DNA from: Ginglymostoma cirratum
Lineage: Eukaryota
Length of the DNA stretch: 64,000 bases
Assembly: GCA_024137785.1 (NCBI GenBank)
Contig: JAHRHZ010000013.1
Coordinates: 46,003,234 to 46,067,233, forward strand
Reading direction: 5' to 3'
Position numbers and translations under genes: made by a program. The notes beneath the pieces are model-generated. The model searched no databases, was not told the origin of the DNA, and saw only the letters and a program-made list of their open reading frames with translations. Shown here piece after piece: positions 38,607 through 50,689 of the stretch (its first letter is position 1; each line of letters opens with the position of its first letter).

Positions 38607-38919
38607 GTATATTGTTCGATGTTGATGATAACAACACCTCGAGAGTAAAACGATCGTTGTCTTCCTCACTTCCAAATAAGTTGAGCTACACTATTAGGAC
38701 AGACATTCTGCACAGTATGCCGACTGATCAACTGGAAAATCCCAAATGGAAATCTCAGCCCCAAAATTTGCCAACAAGCAGTTTCTATTATAATCGTGTC
38801 TTTCTTCCATTGCAAGATATGATTGAGCGAGCGATCATTCAGTTTCATATTGGTCAAGATATCCCCAACCCTGCAATACAGATCCAAGCAATGCCATTTC
38901 CCTGCCACATCAGTGATCA
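38607..38919 (+). CDS. ABCA13: ABCA13-like, window exon 11 (end of ECD1)
   Basis: ttttctAG / CA|gtaagt; 313 nt. (S)ILFDVDDNNTSRVKRSLSSSLPNKLSYTIRTDILHSMPTDQLENPKWKSQPQNLPTSSFYYNRVFLPLQDMIERAIIQFHIGQDIPNPAIQIQAMPFPCHISD. SYTIRT...NPxWKxxPQNLP...LQDMIERAII is ABCA13-like. Confidence 0.97.
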
Positions 38920-38989
38920 GTAAGTTCATAGAACACAGAACATCTAGATTTCGATATGGAAAACTTTCAATACCATAAAAAAGGGTGTA

Positions 38990-39930
38990 ACCTGGAATAA
39001 CAGCAGAAAATGCTGGAGATACGTCTCATGCCTTGCAACATTTGTAGGGAGAAAAGTAAACGGCTGGCTGTTACAAGGTGCCATGTTTTCCACGGCTTCT
39101 TCGGCTTAAATATTGGTGTAGAGCATGTACGTTATAAAGCTAGCTATCCTGTGGTGATTTAACATTAATTGCTGAAGGTGAGTCTTTTACTCCTATCTTG
39201 GCAGGGCATCCACCTTTAAGAGGTGCCAGCCAGGTGGATTGGCCAGCAGCTCTGCAGTCTCAGGAGTTCCAGATTCACGTGTGGCCCACTGTCGGGACTA
39301 CAGGCACAATGTCAAGCTAGTGGAGGCCAGATTTTGTTTAAATTTGGAGTATCGCTGAAACAAGTCTGGCAAGGGGGCTGGGGGCCTGGGTTTGAGAAGC
39401 TAAGCAGATGGAATTTAAGGGGGTTATGATTGTGTTGGGGGAGACAGTGCCCGTGATGGGCAGAGATGACTCATAGGTGAGAAGCCCCCTAACCTGCCTT
39501 GCAAAGTACCAGTCTCACAGTTAAAATCACAGGGCTACCCATTTGGTATGACCCTCCTCATGCCAAGGTTAAACTAAGAGTGAAGGCAGGCTGAGGCGCT
39601 TAAGCCAACTTTATTTAGCCACTTTAGTGTCTCAATAGGCTTAAAGACATGTAGCATGCCTAATGCCTCCACTTGGCACCTCCCATTATAATTGGAGGCA
39701 ACTTGGAGTGGGCAAAAAGCCAGCCTTTACACCTGCGAGTGGAAATCCTCGTTAAGGTTTCAGGCTGTGACTTTTCGTCAGAGCCGTTTCTATTCAGTTC
39801 TGGTGAAAGGTCACAGATCTGAAAAATTAATCCATTTCTTTGGCCACAGATGCTACCTAACCTCTCAATATTTCTAACAATCTTTGATTTTGTTTTAGAT
39901 TTCCAGCTCTTATGGTACTCTGCTTTTGTA
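38990..39930. mobile_element. Palindromic Penelope-type element split by a ~690-bp GC-richer insertion (39063-39750)
   Basis: Left arm GAAAATGCTGGAGATAC...TGTAGGGAGAAAAGTAAA (39007-39060) resumes as GTTAAGGTTTCAGGCTGTGACTTTTCGTCAGAG (39751), followed by the inverted arm CTGGTGAAAGGTCACAGATCTGAAA...CCACAGATGCT...GATTTCCAGC. Confidence 0.6.
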
Positions 39931-40537
39931 AAAATGTAGTGTGACTGATTGAATCATTCAAAAATTACTGATTGTTAAAGTCATTTTGTTCTCTATCCAT
40001 TCAGTTTCCTTCTTGCACAATGAAAATGTTGCAGTATAGTTTTAACTTGTGAAAAAGAAGAGATTTAAAACACAGCAAAGGATGATTCAAGAAACAAGAG
40101 AAAGGAGTGTTGATATTTTGGAGCATGGTTTCCATGGCTAACAAAAAACATAAATAGTTCCTACTTTTGGTTGGAATAGAGGGAGATTCGCCCTACACTT
40201 AACTGTGATACACATGCCCAGGAATGTTTAGTTTTTCTACCATATGCATGAAATGAGAAGTGTTGTATTTACATAACCTTTCAATTCTCAAAAATGAAAA
40301 ATAACCATTCTTCATCATATGGTGGAAATTTGTTAGTCACTAGTAGTTGTACCCAAGTGTTGCATTGCGTGTAAAATAGTCCCCTTCAGTTTTACAGAAG
40401 AAGAAGAGCACTTTGGTTTTTCTTTTGTTCATGCAAATTCTGAAATGCTCCCAGACCATTGCTTTTGGGTTTATTTACAGCATTCTTGTATAGCTTACTG
40501 GATCATTTAATCATACTTACACAACCCTTCCTGACAG

Positions 40538-40652
40538 GTTTCTCAACAACACTGCCTTCTTTTTCCCATTATTAATGATGCTTGCGTGGATGATTTCAGT
40601 GGCTTCCATGGTGCGTAACCTTGTGTTTGAGAAAGAACTTCGACTGGAAGAG
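40538..40652 (+). CDS. ABCA13: ABCA13-like, window exon 12 (TM2)
   Basis: cctgacAG / GAG|gtaatt; 115 nt. (Q)[38 protein letters not shown], with the ABCA VxEKExRLxE motif. Not in the ORF track. Confidence 0.97.
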
Positions 40653-41729
40653 GTAATTAAAGACACAAGTAGTTCCTGGTATGAGATGTCCAGAAATGAA
40701 TGAGGTGACCCAAAACTTCATGCACAAGTGAATGTGCTGATGGAGTTAAAAGAAATGTAGAGCATGCATGGAGATACTTCTCAGGAATGTCTTGGGGAAG
40801 GGCTGAAACTTGATTACTTTTGTGCCTGTTGTTATTGGGACAAATGCATATTGGGTGGAACATTTACTGGGCACAGTTTTGACTGCCTGATTCTGCAAAT
40901 TCCCCCATCTGTAAGTAAGCCATCTTTCAAATCGACAAGAGGTGACTTTTGAAACAGGCGTTAGCCATATCAGCATGTGTATCCCATCAGGCAGCATTGG
41001 CTGACTGTTGACAACTGTCTTCCAGGGGATTTAGCTTGGCCATTCGTCATACTATTGTTCATGTTTTGTAGAATACTTTGTACTTTGTACTTTTTGCCTC
41101 GTCAGAAGAGGAAATTGGAAGCCTGTTACATGCCACTTAGTGGCCTAGTATGTAACCAAAATTTAATGCTTAAGTACTAGCTACTTAAGAGCCTCTTCAC
41201 ACTCCTGCAAGTGTTTTACTCTGGTATGCTGAAAGCTCAAAGGGTAGAATGGCCTACTCCTGCTCTTGTTTCTTCTGTTCACTATCCTTGGGTTATACTC
41301 TTTTTCCCCCAGCCTTCATTGCTGGCTGGATTGAGACTGGCTGCAGTCCCAAAAGTGGCCAGCAATCCCAGCAGCACTGCTGATACTGAGGAGCTACCAT
41401 CCCCTTGAATGGCTAGCAGCTCTGCAAGATGATATTCTGCATCAGGGAAGTTGCATGAAAGTTACAAATTGTCTGTTTTAGCAATGTCAAAAAAGATTGT
41501 GTCTTTCAGGCTGGCAAAGGCAGGCTCATTTCTGACTTTCCAGTTAGTATGAGGCCACTCCTTCCCCATTAAATCCCAGTTTATGTTCCCATTTTACTAC
41601 TTCTAAGCAAATATTAGGTTGAAATTAGAGAAGCCCCTATTACTTGCTATTTGCTATGTGTGAAACAATTTAAATATAACATAGCATAAATGTTTAGAGG
41701 TCTCTAAAAGTGTATTTTCTATCCTACAG

Positions 41730-42059
41730 TACACCAAGATGCTGGGAGTGAAGCCAATAGTTCATTTTATGGTCTGGTTTCTGGACACTTTCTTTATCCT
41801 GATTTTGAGCAGTGCCGTCATCACCATTATTTTGAAAGCCAGCGAAATACTTCCAAACAGTAATGGATTCATCATTTTCCTCTTCCTTTTGGATTTTGGG
41901 GTATCTGTCATTGCGCTGAGCTACCTGATTGCCACCTTCTTTAGCCATGCTAACACAGCAGCTCTCAGTGCCTGCCTGATCTACATCATTACATTCTTTC
42001 CCTATATGGTCCTTGTGGCTGTACAGAATCAACTCAGCTTCTCCAGCCAGATTCTGATT
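41730..42059 (+). CDS. ABCA13: ABCA13-like, window exon 13 (TM3-TM5)
   Basis: atcctacAG / ATT|gtaagt; 330 nt. YTKMLGVKPIVHFMVWFLD...IFLFLLDFGVSVIALSYLIATFFSHANTAALSACLIYIITFFPY...NQLSFSSQILI. Confidence 0.97.
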
Positions 42060-43100
42060 GTAAGTAGAACAAGCTTATTCTACAGTGCTATGTTTGTTTG
42101 GTACATTTTTGAAGCAATTGCTAGTGTGATTGAAAAAACTTAATATTCTGAGAGAAAATACTTCTGTGTTCTGCATTTAACAAAGTTAGAAATACAAAAA
42201 AGTCTTGGAAAAACAAGCTGGGTCTCCTTTGCCTAAAGCAAGGCAAATCATGAGAGATGTGACTGAATCATTAAAATTATAACATGATGGGCTAGGGCGG
42301 ATAGTATTTGCTTTTATGATTGGAAGATCTAGAGTGAAGGGTTTTAGATTTAGAAGTTCAAGTTTTTTTTTGCATGATCTTGCTGATGATCAAGGTGGGG
42401 TGGGGGTTGGGGAGGGGTGAGGCCTGCAGCATCGGAAGCAGTCTTGATTCTCTTGGTTCAGAATATGTTTAAAATCTGTCATTGTGGGACTCCCCTTCTT
42501 CATTACCTTTACTGAATGGGGAGGCCACGGCAGACAGCCTGTTACACCGATATCCAAAAATGCCATTTGGGTCCTAAATTTATCACAGAACCTTGCTGTA
42601 CATGTACCAATAAAGTTCATGATTGAGTCATGCAGGTACCTAAATCTCCTAAAAGGGGCTTAGTTCAAATGGGGTGGACAGGAATAGAGTAAGGAACTCT
42701 AAGAGGAATAGATAGTTTTCTGAGGCCGGACAGCGAACAGGCAAAATATTTTTGCCCAGTGGGTTTTCAGGCTATTGAGTGTACAGTCATAGTGGTTGAA
42801 TAGGAACACATGTTATTATTTAAATAGGCTATCAGTGGAAACGATCGTAAAGGAATTTAGGAAAGCAGTTAAATGAAACAGTTATCAGCATTTTAAGATG
42901 AATGGCCTGGTTTCATTTTGTAATTCCAATATAATTCTGTGTAAGTATTCTGATACATTTACATTATTCATTTGGCATGCTGGCAGATTGGGCCATAGTA
43001 GCTTGAGGAACAGACAATAATTGTGGTTCCAGTGTTTAAGTGAGTCTTATTATTACTTTAAACTCTCACTAATACTTTTCCAAATCTAAATCGTATCTAG

Positions 43101-43170
43101 TGCCTCCTGTGTCCAACTGCATTCAGCCAGGGATCATATATTATCACACTTTTTGAAGGTAATGGAACAG
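43101..43170 (+). CDS. ABCA13: ABCA13-like, window exon 14
   Basis: cgtatctAG / CAG|gtaaga; 70 nt. CLLCPTAFSQGSYIITLFEGNGT(G). Confidence 0.93.
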
Positions 43171-44062
43171 GTAAGAAATTCATAAAATGTGAAATTCTGA
43201 TGATGAAAACCATGGAAAATATAAAATGATAAACTGAGTTTTACTAATATTTTCAGCATATTGTCATTTAGAAAAGGCTGTTGCAGGGAAGAAACTGAAT
43301 TCCGGGTGAAATATTTAATACAAATAAAGGCCAAATAAAGTAACATAGGTATTTACATTTGAAGGTAGTCACTTGATCTGACTGGCCAACATCTTTGTGA
43401 TTGATATTTGTAGTTAGTGGATAGTTTTTGTCTCCTCTGTTCTTCCTTATCACTATCAGAATGTGGTCTTTAGGCACAATTCCCCTGCTCTTTGCATTTC
43501 TCTCAATGTTGCCTTGTTACCCATCCTTCTTTTTGAAAAACTCTAAAGAAATCCTTCTCTTTGAATTTGACTATTATCCCTTAAGGTTTCTTCTGCTTGC
43601 TGCACCAAGTTAATTTGTATGCCTGGGTAAGCAGTTATTCTGCATTGGGAGTGCTCCATGAATGTGAATTATTGCTGATGAGGGCAAAAGAAATGTTGAA
43701 TGATCAGCGCAACTTCATTAACGCACCACCAGAAGATGAGCTGTTTGCTTACATCTTGAACACACTGTGTTTCCTTTGAGATGTTTAACAACTGTATTCT
43801 GAATATTAAAGTGATATTGAGGTAAACATTATGAACAGAGCTCACAAAAAATGAACATGTCAACATTTTGGGCAGTTTCACAGTCTTTGTAATTCTTCAT
43901 CTTATCGAAGGAGTAAATTTGGATCTCTGAATTTCACACTTAAATAGTCATCTTTCTAAAACAGGTTTTTATCTAAAAATAAGCTTCAGCAAATGTCAGT
44001 AGCGCAATAATATTTTTGGCACTTGTAAGCCGAAGAAAAATTTGAAATTAAAAATTTGAAAT

Positions 44063-44245
44063 TAAACAATGAACTACAGTTGCTGGAAATCTGAAACAGA
44101 AAAAAAAGAAATTGCTGGAGAAACTCTGCAGGTTTGGCAGCATCTGTGGAAAGAATATCGAACTATTATTTCAATTCCTACGTTTTCTCTCCATAGATGC
44201 TGCGAGACCTGCTGAATTTCTACAGCCATTTCTATTTTTGTTTCA
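44063..44245. mobile_element. Palindromic Penelope-type short insert, older copy
   Basis: TGAAACAG...TGCTGGAGAAACTCTGCAGGTTTGGCAGCATCTGTGGA is inverted by TCCATAGATGCTGCGAGACCTGCTGAATTTCTACAGC...TTTCA. Flanks AAAAATTTGAAATT / AAAAAGTTGAAATA resemble a TSD. Confidence 0.7.
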
Positions 44246-45485
44246 AAAAGTTGAAATATCCTGGTATACGTGTAATGCTCATCTTGAAGTTTTTAAAATT
44301 TTATATAAATTGATTTCTATTAAACTATGATGGTAGTTTATCCATTACGAAAAATACTACTGTCTTTTTAGCACTGACTATTGAATTAGGAACAATGTAA
44401 TCAAGAAATAAAAGACTTTCAAACAATATTGATTTTTAGCTGGGTCTTGGTTGTCTTCTGATACATATGGTCTGAAAAAGAAAACATGTTTATCAAAGAA
44501 CATTGTCATTTGTTAAGGCCACCATAAGCTCCAATTAACTCAGCATGCATTGATTTCCTATGTGTATAAGGAAGTAGCAGTGGAAATTATGCACATCCAG
44601 TATCTGATATTCCTATCAACCTTTGAGGATGAGTGCTGGTTGTTTAGCAATGCATTTTCTCTCATTTGCAAGACAAAAGGTAAAGCTTCTATAGTCTTAC
44701 CGAATCATGGAACTAGTCTCTCGTTAGAGAGAGACAACTGATGGTGGTTTAACCTGAGGCCCACTAATGTCTGTCATTAGTCAGGCATTGTCGGTGAAAC
44801 TTGGAAGAATCCCCTAGATTTATTATGGATGCATGATGATAAAAGCAGAAATAAGTCTCAGCAATCCTTTCACATTCACTAATAAAATGATTTAAATTAC
44901 ATTGGATTGCTAGGTCCATATTTTTCCTTCACACATGGATATAGGAAAATGTCATGACTTGTGAGCGCTGAATATTGTTGTTAAAAAGTGAAGTCCTGTT
45001 GTACTGTCCTAATACAGTAGCTAGTAATATTTCATAAAGCTTCCACTATCATTGTATGTCTTTGGGAATATGTTGGTTTGTGTGTGTAGCAAAAACTTTC
45101 TTAATGTTAGTACGGTATTTACAGATTAAACAAAACGTGAAAATTGACAAACGGAATAATTTTTATTCCAAGTGACTGTAACACTGTGATTTATGCAGTA
45201 ATGTTATATCCACTTACCTAGTTGTTGGGAAATATTTATAAATTATGTTGGGTAATATATTTCTCTGTGCATGATTTATCTGAATACCCTGAAGAATCTT
45301 GCAGGTCAGTGCATAGAAATGGAAATGTTGTTGCTGAAAAAGATTTGAAACAAGTGATTCTGGATTTGCGTTGATTTAGATTAAAATGGATTTGAGGTTG
45401 ATTCATTGAACTCCTATTAACTATACCGATTCTAGATGCTGCTGTACTTACATCTTGTTTTATTTACCTTGGATTTTTTTTTTAG

Positions 45486-45620
45486 GAATCCAGTGGAATA
45501 ACATGTATGATACCCCTGGAGATGGGGACAATGTGTCTTTTGCCTGGATTTGCTGGATGATGGTCATCGATTCAGTGATATACTTTGTACTAGGCTGGTA
45601 TCTCCACAATGTCTTCCCTG
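45486..45620 (+). CDS. ABCA13: ABCA13-like, window exon 15 (TM6)
   Basis: poly-T AG / G|gtatgc; 135 nt. (G)IQWNNMYDTPGDGDNVSFAWICWMMVIDSVIYFVLGWYLHNVFP. Confidence 0.97.
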
Positions 45621-48433
45621 GTATGCAAATCAATTTCTTTTATCCATGATGATTATTTTTTACTGAATTATCCTTTTAACATTTCTAATTGCCACTGTAT
45701 AATTAGGGGAAGATATTTTAATTGAGGAATGTGCAATAGAATAAAAGAAGACAAGGGCTCCTTGTTATCTGTTAAGATGATCTGGACTCTTAATGAATTT
45801 TTAACTTGCAAGTTATTTTCTTTTAATAGCTGCAATGAGGAATATCTATTAAAACTCTGCAGGTAACTTCAAGTAAAGGCTATTGTACTATGCACGCATT
45901 AGTGTTTGCTAAATGTTATTTGTGGGTTGCAAACAACTGAGTGCAAAATGCATGCAGAATTGTAGAAATTATTAGACAGATCAAAGCCATATGTGCCACT
46001 GTGAGTTCTGCATTGAAACCTGCGACATTAGTTCAACTCTATTTTTCTCCCCATACATGTTTATACAATTTCTCAAATATTTATTGAGATCCCATTAAGA
46101 GAATGTATTCTGCAAGTAAATTTTATGAAATCACACATCTGGTGCACAGCTAGCTTTAACATTGTGTTGCAGAGAACGCAGAATTCTGCAGAATTTTCTG
46201 TTCATTAAAATTGATGGATAGAAAATCCTACAGGGCTCACTAACTTCCATGCTTGCATTCTTGACATGTCCTCCCAACTAGTGAGATTTAAAATTCATAA
46301 ACAAACACTTCCATATTCTGTCCCAGTAACCAGTTGTAAAGCAGCTGGTTAGCAATTCCTGATTAAATGATTATGTATTTTGTGTAAAAATATTCTTCAA
46401 TATCTTCCATCACACTTTTTAAAAATAATCTTGAATCTATTCTTCGTTGGTGAACATTACACCACTGACTATCTTCTGAAAAGTTGAGATAATTTGGCAT
46501 TTCCAGAAAACTGTTTAGCTTCTGATCCTGGTAGCATTTCAAATCAGCTTTGTACCATTTTGATGAAACCAATATCCTTCCTAAAATGCCATGATCAGAA
46601 CTGCATGTTATATTCAAACTAAAGCCCAACTAATGACTTCTACAGATATATTCATTTTCTTGTTTGTATAGATCATTTAATTCCTCTACTCTGTTAAAAT
46701 ATTCATTCTATAATATTCATTATTTCCCCATTTGTCCCAAAATGTACAATTTCACATTTGTCTGCAATGAGCTGCATTTTGTGCGATTGTTTCTATAACT
46801 TGAAAATAGAAGAGATGCTAGCATATATCTATGTCCACATCCCTCTAGTTTAAAGGCAGCTATTTTCTTTGATTCCCTCTAGCCATCTCTCAATTTCTGC
46901 AGTTGTATTCTCTTTATTATAATGTGCCTTAATTTGCTGCAGGCGTATGTGACAATGGTTTATGAAAATCCATGCATGTACCTTAAACACCTTGTATATT
47001 CTATGATACCATTAAAACAACTAATTCAATTATCATTAATTGGACAGTAAAACAAACATTTGTATCAGTTGTATACAATAAAATAATGGCTGACATATTC
47101 CAATATCCATGTAGTCATTGGAGCAGTACGCATTGGTGTTTGTCTCAGGATCATGTGGAATACCAGGCACAGCAGATCCATCCAAAAGGATCCATTAAAG
47201 GTGGAAATTCTGGAGAACTCTGCTTCTGTTTATTTAATACTTTCCCAGGAAAAGTTAGGCAATTAAAAACCTAATCTAACTCCTGAATAGTTATTGAACT
47301 GACCAACTGAAACACCGCAGTCCCCCATCAACCCACTCCCTCTGACTTCTACTACACCTCCCAAACTCCTTATACACCAAGACCCTGAGAGCCACTCTCC
47401 CTACACTGTCCCAAGTCAAGACAACTCCACCCCTTACCTCAAACCTGACCATGGCACCCTACCACTACCACTGTCTTGACTCCTGTTGGTCTTGACCCCT
47501 TCCCTCACCGTTTGCTGGTCTCAGCACATGCAACCTCGCTCTGTGCCAGCCCTGGAACCAACAGCTCGCTCTCTGACAGACCTGATACACCCACCAAACC
47601 TAACAACCACAACCCCCTTGTCCCCCCACCAGATTCAATATCCCCATCCTGCCAGACCCACTAGGCCTTCCACTTCCATAGTTGAAAGCTCCCTCTCATG
47701 CCGCTGAAGCTGTCACACTCTTCCCCATGGTGTTATATCTCCCTGGTTGGCATCTCTTTCAACAACATGCTTCCCTGCTAGACATGACATCTCTGGACCC
47801 CACTACATGACCTCAGACCCAAAATACATTCCCTGTGACCCCCAAATACCCTAAATCTCCATCAGTTATCTAGTACTCTAGCCATCTGGTACTTTGGCAC
47901 TCTTCTCAACTGGCACCCTACCCACATGGCACATTAACCCTTAACCGACTGCCACCATAACTCCACACTTATCTTGCGTGCTTCCACTATCACAGGAGCT
48001 TTCTTACTGTCTGGAAACACTGCTGGACATTTTAAATCACAGAATACGGTACACACTGCTGTAAAAGAGGATGTGGTTTGACATTTCCTGACTATCTTGC
48101 ACTACAAAGTAACTATTTGATTTCAGGTGTGTTCTGCATTTCTGGAGGAGGGGATATGAATTCCCTGCTACTGACATAGAACTCAGTCCTAATGGGAAAA
48201 TGTAGGAGCAGCATGGCAATCTGACTGTGCTTCCCATTCCTTGAAATCTCTGAGGCAATAGTGACTCATTCTTATGTTCTTTTGTCTCTCCTCTCTGTTT
48301 CAAACAGATTTTCGTGAGTAAGATGCTATTTAAGGAATTGGCTATGAATGTATTTATGGATTTTTATCAGTATTTGTACACTAATCTATGAATTATTGGT
48401 ACATTAATTTTCACTTTAACAATCAAATTTTAG

Positions 48434-48586
48434 GTAAATATGGATCGCGGAAGCCTTGGTATTTCCCCTTTACCAGTTTATATTGGAAAACCTTGTGTGA
48501 TTGTGCCAAGCGCTTTGACAGAAAGATTGGAGAAGGTTATTGGGCCCAAAATCTTGATTGCTACAATCAACAAATGAATGTTAAAG
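48434..48586 (+). CDS. ABCA13: ABCA13-like, window exon 16
   Basis: aattttAG / AAG|gtaaga; 153 nt. (G)KYGSRKPWYFPFTSLYWKTLCDCAKRFDRKIGEGYWAQNLDCYNQQMNVK. Confidence 0.96.
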
Positions 48587-49511
48587 GTAAGATTTGAACG
48601 TTTTGAGCACTTAATTTTTCTTTTGTTTTGACAATCGATTTAAAGATATGAAAAAGTTAGTTTTCTGTTTCACCTACCTCAATTCAAAATCCCCTTCAGC
48701 GCAACAATCCTTGAAAAATCTTTCATTTGTCCATATATGTTCCCTTGTGTGCTCACATTCCTTTGCCCACCAAGAAATGCTGGCCAGTCAGTGATGCCCA
48801 CATCCCACAACTGAATAAGAAGAAAATGTTTTGCACCCTTCTTGTTTTTATTTTCATCCATGTTACCCAAAGTCAATGTCATTAGGAGGTGAGTTCGCAA
48901 TCTGGCAACATAATTATTGGTAGTTTTCCTTTACAGGAATAGAGTGGTAAGTTGAACTGAAGTACTTGGGCAATGCTAAATTAATGATTTCCAAATGTAG
49001 TAGATAGATTTGTGTGGTAAGGGATCTTGAACTGTGGATTGTAAGCCAGCATCTGAAATCCAGGGCTAAAAATGTATTTTAGGATTCTGACCTGTCATTG
49101 TAACAATTTCAAACGAATAAATATGGTGAATGTTGACAGCAGCTATAAATTCTAAGGATCAGTGTACTGGCTACTAGTCATGTGTATTAAGTTTTATTTT
49201 CATTGGAATTATTACCAGTTTCTCTTTGAAATGAGACATTTACACACACTCAGGCCATCTGATTTCTAAACTAGATCAGATTCTGAAATTTGTTCCAGTT
49301 ATATATTTCATTCTCAGTTTTCATGAGATGATATCAGAAAAATATTAAAAATAAGTTCAGGAGGTAATATTCTTCAAACCCAGCTCTGTCAGTAAGAATG
49401 CAATTACCATCAATAGTCATTAATGTATAATTACCATGCTGGCAGGTTTCTGGAAAAGGTTTCTGGTGTGAAACTACAACAGATATTTTATTTGTTCATT
49501 CTTTTCAATAG

Positions 49512-49710
49512 GAGACCCATTCAAATCTATGGATTTGTCTGGGAAACAAGTGACACCTCCCAATTTGAATATTGGAGTTGCTTTAAGGTCACTCACCAAA
49601 GAGTTTAAACACAGAGGAAAAGTGGCTGTTAAAGACTTAAACCTTGATTTCTACGAAGGAGAAATTACTGCATTATTAGGACCCAATGGAGCAGGCAAGA
49701 CAACAACTAT
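49512..49710 (+). CDS. ABCA13: ABCA13-like, window exon 17 (NBD1 Walker A)
   Basis: ttttcaatAG / AT|gtaagt; 199 nt. ...[45 protein letters not shown]. Confidence 0.97.
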
Positions 49711-50047
49711 GTAAGTGATGCGTTGGAATGTGTTGATTGAACTCAGAATAAATGGCGATTAAAAAATGAATTCTGTCCTGTTTGAGCTTTGCATTTGACA
49801 ATAAAGTTTCATCAGTCATCAAATTAACCCATTTATTCAATAAATGCTCATTTTTCATGCAATTCTGTAGTGTTACCTATGAAGTCTAGTGGATAACCAA
49901 ATTCCGTCCTTTTCATTCCTGAGGTTGGTTGCAGTAGAATTTGAAACTTTAAAAAGACGTTCTTGACTATGTCTCAAGCTATATGAAGAAATAAGCCAGA
50001 TATACGTCTTTACTTAACAGAAGTGAGGAGTTAATTTTATTGTAAAC

Positions 50048-50689
50048 TGTGACGATATCGTGGCTTTAAGAGATGTATTTTGTCATTTTTTTTTAAATGA
50101 AGAAAAGTTGAAACAGAGGTGCTGGGCAGACTGCTGAAATCCAATGAAGTAAGCAACTTGTGAGGCCTTGGGTTTTTTAAAATTTGGGACAATAGAAGCA
50201 GCCTGAATGGGTAGGGTCAATCTTCCACAGAACCAGGATTTTTCATTTTAGCTTTCTGCAGTTGCTGGTTTCTTGAGGCTAGATGTGGAAGCTCTTATTC
50301 CTCTCTCTGTTACAGCTAAAAGCTGGGGTTCTGCTCCTGCTGTTAGAATTGCATGTGAGACAATCTATTCTATTGAATTTGCCTTTGCCAAAGGTGTATT
50401 TACGGCATGTTACTATATTGGAACAGTTAATTAGCAGTAGTTAATAATATACATTGTTTTGTTAAGCATTTTGACAATTATAGTTAAGCCAATTCTTTTC
50501 TTTTTTTATTTTTATTTTATCTGTATTTTAACTGTAGTGTAAAAATAACGTGTTTTGCTTAAAGTCAAAAAGTTTGACCAATTTAATTGCATCAGGAACA
50601 AGCCTTACCCTTACCTTTAAAGTAAGAAAATGTTAGGGTCTAGGCAATCTTATTAATATATTTGAGGGGGTTTGGTCTAGTCCTAAACT
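50048..50689 (+). mobile_element. Probable solo LTR
   Basis: Starts TGTGACGAT and ends GGTCTAGTCCTAAACT (terminal CA apparently mutated). Flanked by a 4-bp direct repeat AAAC (50044-47, 50690-93). AATAA signal at ~50544; no coding remnant. Confidence 0.55.

Noticed and set aside
44036-44063. Tandem duplication of AAAAATTTGAAATT
   Set aside because: A short AT-rich duplication at the edge of an insertion; probably TSD-related or slippage.
47290-48000. C-rich strand-skewed tract with Pro-rich ORFs
   Set aside because: Low-complexity interior of a probable repeat; no splice signals that fit the gene, and no regular period.
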